From assembly GCA_020343495.1 (NCBI GenBank), contig CP070797.1:1510-65509 (forward strand): a stretch of DNA of 64,000 nt, written 5' to 3'. Shown here piece after piece: positions 1 to 11,100 of this stretch. This DNA is from Candidatus Omnitrophota bacterium (GTDB lineage: Bacteria; Omnitrophota; Gorgyraeia; Duberdicusellales; 4484-171). Every line of letters begins with the position of its first letter. Positions within the stretch are counted from its first letter, which is position 1. The notes beneath the pieces were generated by a model. That model was not told the origin of the DNA and ran no database searches. It saw only the letters and a program-made list of their open reading frames with translations. Made by a program: the position numbers and the translations under genes.

Positions 1-2062
1 CTTCTTTTTTCATCTTTTCTTTCTCCGCCGCCTCTTTGCTATCCATAATTTCAAAAACATTATCTGATGAATCATAAACAGACGTATCATTTGCATCGGA
101 CACTTTCATTTTAACTTCTGATGAAGAAAGTATATCTAGGGGAACCTGCCATAGAAACTGCCCTGTATTTTTTGTTTTTTCAACAATAGTGTTAAAACTC
201 TGGCCGTTATCAAGGGAATACTCTAACTTTATATCGTAGCTGTCTTCGTAATCCAGGGCTGACCACATTATTTCTTTTTCAATTCCTTTCTGCCAAAGTT
301 CTCCGCCGTTAGGAACAATCATACTAATAATACCCGGTGAACCGCTTAAAGTTAACTCTTCTAACCTTGAAGCTTGCGGGTCTCTTCTGTCAGGAGATAA
401 GTAAACGTTAGCTAAAATATTTTTTCCCGGAACAAAATCCCCTAAAGACGCATAGTAGTAAGCGCCGTTAACGCAACTCTTCTTAAAGTTAACGCCGTCG
501 TCAGCCGATACGTCCAGGGAGACATTTGTTCCTTTCCAGTCGGTAATTAAAATTCGCACATCAAACATAGCCCGTATCTTAACGGGAATGTAAAGACCTT
601 CTCTACTCTTATCATCCAACACAACGTCACCCTTTAAATCAATAACAGTATTTATGAACTGCGGCATCTCTACTTCTTCCTGTTTTTGAGCCTTGGTATC
701 CTTTAAAACCTGCGGTTCGGAGGGGGCGTATCGGCGCACTCTAACCCAATCATAACAGGCTTTGTTGTGGCCGGTCCCTATGGTTGAACGTAACCCCACA
801 TACCCTTGCTCAATGCCAAAAACGTCGCTAAAACTTACCTCTGCCTGCTTCTTGTCAAAGGCGTCACTATACCTTGCGAAAGTTAAATTCGGGCCGTCGG
901 CAATAACTCTATAATTGTATTTGGTATCTGTTGAAATTGGGCGTTTATCATTAACTTTTATATTGTCACCAACTACTATACAATGCTCTGCTTTTTCATA
1001 AACAGACGAATAAGCAATCAAACTTCTATCTTTACTCTCATCAAAGGTATCTTCGCCTCTTACAATAAACTCAATCTTTCTGCCTCTCTTAAGGGCTGCT
1101 GAATACTCAACTATACCGTCCCTAAGTTCATACGTTTTAGAAACAACGGTTGCGTCATCCAGTTCCAACTGCGAATCTAAAACAGCGTAGCTACCGTCTT
1201 TGCCACGTTTTATTTCCCACTTTTCAGTATCTAACTGTGCGCTGGAGAAATCATCAAAGAAATCAAACACCTCTTCCCCGCAAGATAAGTCTTGAGCGTC
1301 GGGATTGCCGTAATAAATGTAAATCTCTATTCCTGCCGGAGAGATTTGCGGGATTTTTACCCAGGCTACAGCTAACCGGTTGGGCTTGGTACCTTCTATC
1401 TTCTCAATGTAATGAGGAAGGATTGTCTCTTCGTCTAAACAAACGAACCGAACATCAGCAAAATCCGCCAGGATATTTCCTTCACAATGAAAGTCTGCTC
1501 CTTTAGTGCGCCGGGATTCACCCACTTTAAGTTCCATCTGATAATTAAACAAAGATTCATACAGCGGGTTATGGTTTATCTGAATCTTTTTTCTGTATTT
1601 AAACCCGCTTAGCTGCTGACTTCCAAAGGTTGCACCTACTCCGGTTTTATCCGTATAAGAAATCTTTACCTCAATAAGCTCGCTTGCCGGCCCAACATCT
1701 GCTTTCCATTTTAGACCTCTGCCGGTCTTAAAAAAATCCGTAGTTAAAGGCACGCCGTTAATTACAGAGGCGTACGTATCTCCATTATCAGCACTCACCT
1801 TTAACGTTACCTGGCCGCTAAACTGCCAGCTTGCAGTTATACTGGTTATATCGCCCTCGGTATAGATAACTTCTCGGGATTTATATTCTTCTGCGGATAA
1901 ACCTTTAGGCAGCAGATAATCTCCTTGCCCGTCTGTCCGCCAGACTACGGGAGATTTAAAAATCGTAACGTCACAAAAGGCGTATGATAAAGAAAACAGC
2001 CCTACTATTGCCGCTATTATTCCTACTTTAACTCCTGTTTTAATACCCTTACTCATCATCAT
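1..2062 (-). CDS. Partial CDS (first 687 codons, continues past the left edge). Secreted protein whose N-terminal head (signal peptide, beta-sandwich, DUF2341-like, ConA/LamG-like, Ig-like) is paralogous to the first ~690 aa of the giant protein upstream.
   Basis: Not in the ORF track because no stop lies in the window. Hand translation of the minus strand from three consecutive ATGs (2054-2062; GAGG 4-10 nt upstream) gives MMMSKGIKTGVKVGIIAAIVGLFSLSYAFCDVTIFKSPVVWRTDGQGDYLLPKGL...GFKYRKKIQINHNPLYESLFNYQMELKVGES...LAVAWVKIPQISPAGIEIYIYYGNPDAQDL...YDWVRVRRYAPSEPQV...MIVPNGGELWQKGIEKEIMWSALDYEDSYDIKLEYSLDNGQSF...SDNVFEIMDSKEAAEKEKMKKE. The frame stays open to nt 2 and is colinear by eye with giant-protein residues 1-690. 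Confidence 0.8.
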   Translation of the reverse strand, partial: MMMSKGIKTGVKVGIIAAIVGLFSLSYAFCDVTIFKSPVVWRTDGQGDYLLPKGLSAEEYKSREVIYTEGDITSITASWQFSGQVTLKVSADNGDTYASVINGVPLTTDFFKTGRGLKWKADVGPASELIEVKISYTDKTGVGATFGSQQLSGFKYRKKIQINHNPLYESLFNYQMELKVGESRRTKGADFHCEGNILADFADVRFVCLDEETILPHYIEKIEGTKPNRLAVAWVKIPQISPAGIEIYIYYGNPDAQDLSCGEEVFDFFDDFSSAQLDTEKWEIKRGKDGSYAVLDSQLELDDATVVSKTYELRDGIVEYSAALKRGRKIEFIVRGEDTFDESKDRSLIAYSSVYEKAEHCIVVGDNIKVNDKRPISTDTKYNYRVIADGPNLTFARYSDAFDKKQAEVSFSDVFGIEQGYVGLRSTIGTGHNKACYDWVRVRRYAPSEPQVLKDTKAQKQEEVEMPQFINTVIDLKGDVVLDDKSREGLYIPVKIRAMFDVRILITDWKGTNVSLDVSADDGVNFKKSCVNGAYYYASLGDFVPGKNILANVYLSPDRRDPQASRLEELTLSGSPGIISMIVPNGGELWQKGIEKEIMWSALDYEDSYDIKLEYSLDNGQSFNTIVEKTKNTGQFLWQVPLDILSSSEVKMKVSDANDTSVYDSSDNVFEIMDSKEAAEKEKMKKE

Positions 2063-2083
2063 ATAACCTCGTCTTTTTTAAAT

Positions 2084-2124
2084 GGCGAGTGATTAGTGAC
2101 TAGTAGCTAATCTCAAAACTCGCC
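2084..2124 (-). promoter_or_regulatory. Imperfect intercistronic stem-loop between the giant gene and its downstream paralog
   Basis: Plus strand: ggcgagt+gattag (2084-2096), loop tgactagtag, ctaatc (2107-2112), 5-nt bulge tcaaa, actcgcc (2118-2124). That is 7+6 bp. On the sense strand it is followed by AUUUAAAAAA, not a U-tract, so it is not a canonical intrinsic terminator. Confidence 0.4.
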
Positions 2125-2160
2125 ACTTACCACTTGCCACTTACCACTCGCCACTTACCA
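2119..2160 (-). repeat. Three tandem 14-nt units (sense TGGTAAGTGGCRAG), equivalent to six TGGNNAG heptamers. The array starts 1 nt after the giant-gene stop codon.
   Basis: Plus strand: ctcgccacttacca (2119-2132), cttgccacttacca (2133-2146), ctcgccacttacca (2147-2160). The stop TGA is tca at 2162-2164. The last sense unit forms the 5' arm of the stem-loop at 2084-2124. Confidence 0.85.
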
Positions 2161-2161
2161 A

Positions 2162-5100
2162 TCACCTGAATTCAAACCAAACCTGAGTAACCGGTTTATT
2201 AGCAACGTTCTCAATCATCTTCTTAGATAAATCCATGGTTGCTTTCAGCTCTTCAGTCTTATTCTTTAAATAGGTCATGTCTTCTTTCTTTTCTTTAGAG
2301 ACCTCGTATACTTTTTCTAAATCAATATCTTCGGTAGCACCTAATGCTTTAATCTGTTTACTGATATGACTCAATTGCGTAAATATGTACTCTATCGCTT
2401 CTTCCATCTCGCTGATGTCTTCATCTACTCCCACGCCCTTCTCAAGGTTAATAATCTGAGCCAAGGCGCTCTCAATCATATTAATTTGACTCTCTATACC
2501 TTCCGCTGCTTGAGCAAACTCACTCAAACGGGAAGTCGTTCCTAAAATCGCAGCCGTAGTAGAAGCAACGTCGGCAATATCATACTCGCTTGCAGTAATA
2601 ACCATTGCATCCGTAGTCCCGAGAGTTTCTTCCGCACAGATAATACTAAAATCTCCTATCCCCCACTGGGTTAAAAACTCTACGTCAAATTCATAAATTC
2701 CGCTTCCCGGCGTTGTCTCTTTCATTATACCCTTAGAAACCACAGCTTTATTCATAGCATCATAAACATCTATACTGGGAACCAGGCCTGTCTTTGTGCG
2801 GTAACGAACAGCCAAACTACCTCCGCTTCTTACAGTGGTCTCCCGATTCAAAATCCCTGACTTAATGTGCGGCTGGACACCGCTGACTACCGTCTCAGTA
2901 ATAAAAGAAGGCAACGTCTCTGTAGTAGCAGTCAGAATCTCAGCCGTATCAACTTTTATCTCCTCAGCTTTGGAAACAACCGTGCTCTTTACCTCTTCTG
3001 CCTCCTCCTCTACAACTTCTCTAGTAACCTCTTCTTCCTGTCTTATCGTTTCTCTAGTAACCTCTGATTCTGCGGTTACGTGCTCTCTAACGCCAATAAC
3101 TTCCTCTTTTATCTCATCACTCACTTCTTCAATCTTATCGGTAACTTCCTTCAGCTTTTCAGTAACAGTAATGGTAAAAGTCGTGCCGGAATAATATGTT
3201 ACTTTATCACCGGAAGTACCACCGTAACCGATACTGCAGCGGGCAAAATAGGTCTTACCGCTAACCAGCATCTGGTTTAAACCCTGAGGTGGCAGGCCAT
3301 CAATACCTTCAACTACGTTCTCAACCCTATACCAATAATTGCCTTGCTCATCTGCCTCGGGGTCGGTAAGAGTACCTATTAATGTATCGCCGTCATAGAT
3401 TAATACCGTGGCCAGGCCTAAGGCGTTTATATCACTGGTGACAATCTGCTGGCCTCTCTTCTCCAGCCGCATTGTTGCAGTTAAGGTATCACTTCGTTCA
3501 TCATAAGCAAAGTCAGACAACACGCGATAATCCGCTAACGACTCGGCAACAGACATTACAAATATGGTCCAGCTTATCTTATTATCATATTTTCCGTCGA
3601 CTCCGTCAGCGCTAACGCCAACTAACTTTTCAATCTGGGTAGGAACATATGCGTCTTTGACAAAATTAAAGGTATACTTTCCATAGGGCAGAAAGAGTTC
3701 AAAGGGTTCCTCGCCTTGACGTTCAATAGTATCAAGTTTGATTTTACCCTGGATAATCTCCAGCTTAATCTCTATAAGCGGGTTTCCAAAGACTGAATCG
3801 CGGGCTTCCCAGGTAACGCTATAGCCCGACTCTACCACTATATTGCCTGAGGGGACAGTAGAGTCCAATCCCACAGATGAGCCGACTATTGTAAGAGACG
3901 CAGTAGCTTCAGGATAAGTTATGTTAGAGAACCTGGCCAATCCGTTTACTGCTGTTACCTTAGTAGTGGCGTCTGCTCCAAACGACCCTGCTGAAGGCTC
4001 TACTGTTACTTCGTCGCTTGCGGAACTCAAGTTTCCGTAAGCATCGCTTACTTTAATAACAAAAGGCGCCCAAATAGCATTGACAGCAGTAATACTCTTT
4101 GGCAGATTATCCGCATCCCAGGAAAGCTTACTTCCCACACCCCCGTAAACTACCACATCCAAATCCGTCGTTGAACGGGTTTTAACTACCCCTTCTTCGG
4201 CTTGGACACTTGTAGTTTCCGCTTTGTATAAGCGGATAATGGTAGTGGTAACTCCCCTAACAAATGTGAGAATAGTCCCTTGATTGAAGGGTACCTGAAC
4301 TTGGGTATTATTCTCGGCAGTAGGGGGAATTTCCTGGTCATCAGGAGAAGATCCAGGCCCATTAAATTTAAGAGTTTTATCGCCTTCGTAGTCAGTAACC
4401 ACGTTATTATATTGGTCATAAGTAGTAATAGTTATTGTTTTGGTGTCGCCGGCCTTCATTGTAGAGGTGTCCGCCGTGATTCCGAAGTAATTTTCAACTG
4501 CCGGCATAACCGTGATATCATCCGAGGCGTCGTCTATACCATCGTCGCCATCAGCCGGAACAGCGTCGGATACTGTAATCGTCCAGTAGCCAGGCTCTTC
4601 CCTGCTGGTCTTTTCATCATAATACCAGAAGTCAACGGTGCTTGAACCGTTCTGTATTGACCTGGTAGTCACAACATTTCCTTCAGTATCTTTAAATGAA
4701 GCAGCTGTTCCGTCGGAAGTGGTGTATAAATATACTCTATCCTCATCAATTGTTTGCGGGTTAAGGTAAGCGTCGTATCTGGTTAGAGTATATTTAACAC
4801 TTGTTCCGGCAACAATATAATCAATATCCTCAGGCGAAGTTAATAAAGCAAAACTATCCGTTAGACCAGAGGACACACTAATATCTATGTTACGAGTCTC
4901 ATCTCCTATAGTAGTTACAACTCCCTGGGTAACTTCCAGAGAAACATCCTCAACATTATAGCAAACCAATGTTAACGCTCCTGCGTCAGATACGCCTTGC
5001 GTAAAATTAACGCTGCCCACTGAAGCCGAACCATCAACAAACTCTACACCCTTTATTGTAGGGATAGCTCCCGAAGGAGAATTAGCCGGCCCCGATGTAA

Positions 5101-8100
5101 ATGTCAAGGCCTTTGGCCCTTCATATACTGTGGCTACGTTATGGAACTCATCATAAGCGGTTACTTGTAACTCATTGGTTTCTGTTGCTCTCATTGTATT
5201 GTCGCCGCCGGTAAACCTAAAATATTCAGCAGGAGCAGCAGTAACGCTAATATCTTCCTGAGTATCAGTTAACATAGGTTGTTCAGTATCAACGACAGTA
5301 ACCCTATGTTGTGAGTCTGTTGTTGTTGTTCTAAACGTTATGCCGCCGCTGAAAGTGTGTGAACCGGCATCTGCCATCACAAAAGTATAATTTAGCGGTA
5401 ACGTCGCTTTAGCATCGCTGCACTCAAACCTCACTGTGCCGCTGTAACCGCTGGCTCTGTTATCATGCTGGTCATATAAGGTAACAGTAATATCGTTAGG
5501 AGCGCCGGCAGTTATGGATTGGCTAAGGTCGCTAATCTGGAGTTTTACCGCATCGTCAGGTTTAACAGTGAAAGTATAAGAACCTGCTTCTAACGAATCT
5601 CCGCTGCTTCTGATAGCAGTAATAGTAGTTTTTTCTGGTTTGAGGTCACTGGCTTCGGTATCGCTATAATAGAACGGCGCACTCTGGCTCTCACCCACTA
5701 AAATTTCAATCTGGATAGTAGGATTCATGCCAAAGGGGTCACGGTAAAACATCTTTTCATCCGAACCAGAATCAGAATCAAGTATAAACGCAGTTTCACT
5801 ACTTACAGTTGCGTCGTTAGTTCCCGGGTCTTGAGCAATTATATAAAACGGCCCGGAAATAACTCCTGCATCTATAGTTTCAGGACCGGTAATCCTTACG
5901 TCTACTGCTACACCAGCTATAACCTCTAAATCAAGGTCGCGATCCTCACTGGCAAAGGAATTTACAGTTCCGTCAGAAACATCCACAGTAGTGATCTCTG
6001 CTTTGTAAGCGATTAAGGTTGCTCCACCCGCAACAGAGACGCCATTACTAAACATTATCGGCGTGGGCGTCCCTAACGGCACACCTTCCACTTCAGGGAC
6101 TGCCGCAGGGGCTGGGTTAGGCCCGGAGAATGTCAACTGTTTCTCGTCGGTATAATTGTTAGGGCCTGAGTCCACTAAATTGTCCAACACATCATAAGCC
6201 CTGATAGTCAATTCGTTTTCGCTTCCCGCAGCCATTGAGCTGTTACCGGTTACAATAAGGTAACTGGCAGGAGCAGGAACAATTGTTTCGGTCTGTGTAT
6301 CTGAAGTTAATCCCGGCACTGCCGTATCACTAACGGTAATTAGAGGTGTTCCCGGGTCATCATCATAATAATCAAAGGAAACTGTGTCTACTCCGGAATC
6401 GATATTAATCATACCCAGGCCTCCCGGTGGAGAAGTAGTGCCTGTATTGTAAAAAATCCCATTAGAGCTGGTCTCCAACTCAATGGTATATAATCCCAGC
6501 GCTTGAGGGTTATCAAACCTATCCTGGACCTGGACGCTCATAGTTCCCGGTTCACCGGCATTTAGGGTAAGCGCAGGATTCGTGATAACCAGTTTTTCTG
6601 CATCCGCAGGAATAACCGTCTGGGCCTGCTCATGGGAGTCTAAATCTCCTGCGGCATCGGTTACGGTTATTGCGGGGCTGCCTGCCTTTTCATCGTAGTA
6701 ATCAACAGTGACGGAACTGACTCCATCAGGGATAGCAATACTACTATCAGCAAGTTCGGTTTGCGTGCCGGTCTGATAGAAATGGTACTCTTGTTCCGGA
6801 GGGGTTGCCTGAGAGTCACTGCTTAGATTAACCTCTACAAACCCTTCTGACTGCGGACTTCCGAATGTATCCTGAACCTCAACAGTTATCGTTCCCTGTG
6901 TTCCGGCAGTTAAAGTAAACGCTGAAGATATAATGCGAAGTCTTGACGCTGTAGCAGGGATGATTGTATGAACCTGTTCATCAGAAGTAAGACCTGCTGC
7001 CTGGACAATAACCTTGGGCGTTCCCGGCTCCTCATCATAATAATCAAAGCGCACATAACTTTCTCCATTAAGGGCAGTCTTGCTGTTCATTGGGGTAGTG
7101 GTACCCTCTTCATAGAAATAATTGAAATCCGGTAATGGATATTCTCTGGCTGGAACAACAAGATAAATACCCTGCGGTTGAGGGTTGCCAAAACCATCCT
7201 GTATTTCAACATTCATTGTCCCCGGCAGGCCTGCTTCAAGACTGAGCGGGTCGGTAGTTATAACCAGTTTTTCTGCATCCGCAGGGATAATCGTCTGGGC
7301 CTGCTCATAGGGGTCTAAATTTCCTGCGGCATCGGTTACGGTTATTGTGGGATTACCTGCCTTTTCATCGTAGTAATCAACAGCGACGGAACTAGTTCCA
7401 GCAGGGATAGTAATACTGGTAGTGGCGGTTTGCGTCCCGGTTTGATAGAAATGGTATTCTTGCGGGTCAACTGCCTGGGAGTTACTTGCCAAATTAACTG
7501 TAAATGAGCCGTCCGACTGAGGGTTACCATGAATATCCTGGACTTCTACGGTAATTGCTCCCTGGACGCCTGCTGCCTGATTTAAAGCGTCAGAAGTAAT
7601 CTGCAACTGTGCTGCATCAGCCGGAGTAACGGCAATGCTATACGAATCATATCCTAAATCTTCGTCCCCTCCGCTTATCCATTTAGCAGTCACGGAAGGA
7701 CTTGCTACCTTTGTATCTTTGTAATAAAAAGTTGCTGTACCTGTTCCCGCATACATTGTTACGGTAGTAGCCTCTACCATTCCTCCGGCATCTAAATAAA
7801 ACAACTCCTCGCCTTGAGAATCTGAAGAAAGTTCAAACAGTTCATCGTTTTCCACGAGAGTGTCATTACTAACAATATCCTGGGCAGTTATTATAAAGGC
7901 GCCGGATACTTCATCCACAACAACTGCTGCCGGCCCGCTAAGTTCTATTATTGCAGCAGGCCCGGGTTTGGTGGTAATAGGGTCACTGTATCCCCTAACG
8001 CCGTTATCGTCCTTAGCTATTATCGTAATTGTTTCAGCAACGTTATTTTTAACATAAACCGTAGCTACGCCATCAATTAATCCGTACCTGGCAGGAGTCT

Positions 8101-11100
8101 TAAGTTGAAGATAGCTCTCATCTATATAGAACTGGGCATTACCCTCATTACCCTCGTTATCCTCGTTACTCATAATTACTTCGGTCTCAGAGTCAGTTGT
8201 CACTATGTTGCCGTAAGGGTCATAAGCAGTAACTGTAACCTCCCATCCGGTACCGGCATCCTGGTCGGTGTCGCAAGTTACCTCATAACGCTTAATAACA
8301 GAAGAAGGGCCAACCGTAATTGGGTCTGGATTGTGAAGACCGCTAATCTCGTTTTCCGGATCTTCTACAGTGACCGATTGCTCGCCTACGGTTTTTAGAA
8401 TTACTCCGTTACCTTTTGAGACGCTGAAGGTTACATACCCCGCTCCTAAACAATCAGCAGTCTGATAATGTATGGTTACGTCTTTTAACGTAGGCGTAAT
8501 TGTATTATCAGCGCTTGTCATAATTGCCTGATATTTGATATACTTATGGTTATTGTGGACGCTGGATATATCCTGGCCGGAAATGGTGTAGTAAAGGCCA
8601 GATACATCAGTTCCAACTTCACCTGCTGCTAAGTCTTCAATCTCATCAGGAGTTACTGCGCGGTTAAATATAGCCACTTCATCTACACTCCCAACATTTT
8701 GACTATCGGTATGATTGCCAATCCTACTTAAATCCTGTGTTATTTGTGTATTGGCTGTACTTACATAATTACCATCAATATAAAATTTTGTTGTCCCTCC
8801 CGAACTTATAGCTGCGATATGGTGCCAGCCTGCCGATAAAGAGTTGGTATTATATCCGCTCGAAGACCAACTATTGTTATAACATCCTATATTTCCGGAA
8901 GAATCCCATATAATATGATGATAAGTTCCCCCTTGCCGCTGGAATAAAGTTCTCCATCCCTGTGCTGTTGTGGGAAGCGGAAACTTAACCCATGCTGCCA
9001 TTGTTCTATCACCATTCATATTTATTGGTGAGATATTTACATAATCTGAAGTACCATCAAAATTCAATGCCCTTCCAAATTTGCCGGCAATCCAGACAGG
9101 AGTATTTACCAGTGTTCCTGTATTATTGCTAGGTGAACTATCTTGCGCACTCATGCCGCTACCTTCATTAAAATGCCATAACCCCACCAATCCTGGAATG
9201 AGGTCGGTCTGAGCGTCCCCTTCCCCCGGCCCCACAAACTCTGTCCAGCCGGTATCCGGGAGGGTTGAAGAAGCAATCAGGAATTTGATGCTTGTATCTT
9301 CAGGCACATCAGCATTCCAGGATATGCCGGAAAACCACGCCGGCTGCTCTAAATTCTTTATTGAGGAAGTAAACGTACCAGAAGTGCTATACAGCGTTTT
9401 ACTTTCCCACCAGGCAATGTCCCTGGCGTAATACGCCGACCCTAAGATATCTGTATCTCCATCGCTATCTATATCGGCGGCGTAGATACCCCAAGTATGA
9501 TCAAAACCTCCATCGATTACGTGTTTAGTAAAGCTTTGCATACCGTCGTTCTCATACCATGCCACGTCATCAGCATAAGCAGCCGAACCTAAAACATCAA
9601 TATCTCCGTCTCCATCTATATCTGTGGCATAGACGTCAATAGCGCCGTCAAAACCTCCATCAATTGTGTGTTTGGTGAAACTTTGCGCGCCGTTATTCTC
9701 CCACCAGGCAATGGCATCGTGGTAAAGCGCTGCACCTAACACATCAATATCGCCATCTCTATCTACATCAGTAGCGTAGATGCTGTAACCACAATCAAAA
9801 TACGTATCAATATTATGTTTGGTGAAACTCTGGTTACCGTCATTCTCATACCAGGCAATGTCATCCCAACCCTCTGATACACCTAAAACATCAATGTCGC
9901 CATCTTTATCTACATCTATAGCATAGACATCACGAACATAATAAAAATATGAATCAACAAAGTGTTTGGTAAAGTTCTGCTCCCCGTCATTCTCATACCA
10001 GGCAATGTCATGGTCGTAGACCGCTGCACCTAAAACATCCATATCTCCGTCGCTATCCACATCTATGGCATATACACTACAAGCATAATTAAAATTTCCA
10101 TCAATTACGTGCTTGGTAAAATTCTGCAGGCCATCATTCTCCCACCAGGCGATGTCATCAGTATTAGCTGCTGCACCCAAGACATCCATATCGCCATCAC
10201 TATCTACATCAACAGCATACACGCTATGGGCACCATCAAAACCTCCATCAATTATGTGCTTGGTAAAGTTCTGCGCGCCGTCATTCTCCCACCAGGCGAT
10301 GTCATCAGCTTCACGTGCTGCACCTAAAACATCCATATCTCCATCGCTATCCACATCTGCGGCGTAGACGTCAATAGCACCAACAAACTCTCCATCGATT
10401 ACATTTTTGGTAGTAGGGATAGCCACAGAATAAAGCGACAGTTCCGCTGCCTCGCCTGTTCCCCGCACTTGCGTACCTAAAGCCGGGCCGCTTGCGCCGC
10501 TTTTGAATTCCGTATCAGAACTCTGCCTCCATTCTTCAGGAACAACAAACCAGTAATTCTCAGGTAACACTGCTTGAGCATCTGTTGAAGAAAACTGGAT
10601 TTTACCGGTATAGTTCGCCGTAATATTGTTACTGGCATCCAATGCCGTTACTGTTATATCACTGGGCGTGCCGGCATTTATCGAGGACGGGATTCCTTCT
10701 ACTTTTAAACTTACTACTTCTTCGCCGCTGCCAACCACAATAGGAGAAGAGGCGCCCGAATAGTCGTAATCAGTAACGCTTATCGTAATAATTTCCGGCG
10801 TAGCGTCTTTAGCAAAAACAGTGGCAGTGCCTCCGGAAAGATTATAAAACACTGCTATCGTATCGTAGCTATCGTTGGTATAAAATTGCGCATCACCGTT
10901 GCTAGAAGGAGCAATTGCCACGGCTGCGCTGGCAACTGTATTGCCGTATTTATCTTTAGCTGTAACTGTCTCCTGCCAGCCAACACCTATGGTCTGAGGA
11001 GTGTGCGTGGTTACTTCATAATAACTGATATCGCCGGCTTCTACAGAGATGTATCCTGTGCTTGCCGTTATGTCATCTTTATCTTCAATCGTCAGGAAAA

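Noticed and set aside
2119-2160. Whether the 14-nt tandem repeats, or the 24.5-kb repeat array, could be a CRISPR array
   Set aside because: The units are directly abutting or only 21-42 bp apart. They are 14 nt long with no unique spacers of CRISPR size, and no cas genes are present.
2063-2161. TRAP-like (G/U)AG-repeat RNA binding site linked to the Trp-rich upstream ORF
   Set aside because: The triplets recur every 7 nt, whereas the TRAP sites I know are spaced by 2-3 nt. No TRAP-like gene is visible. It is kept only as a loose analogy inside the finding.
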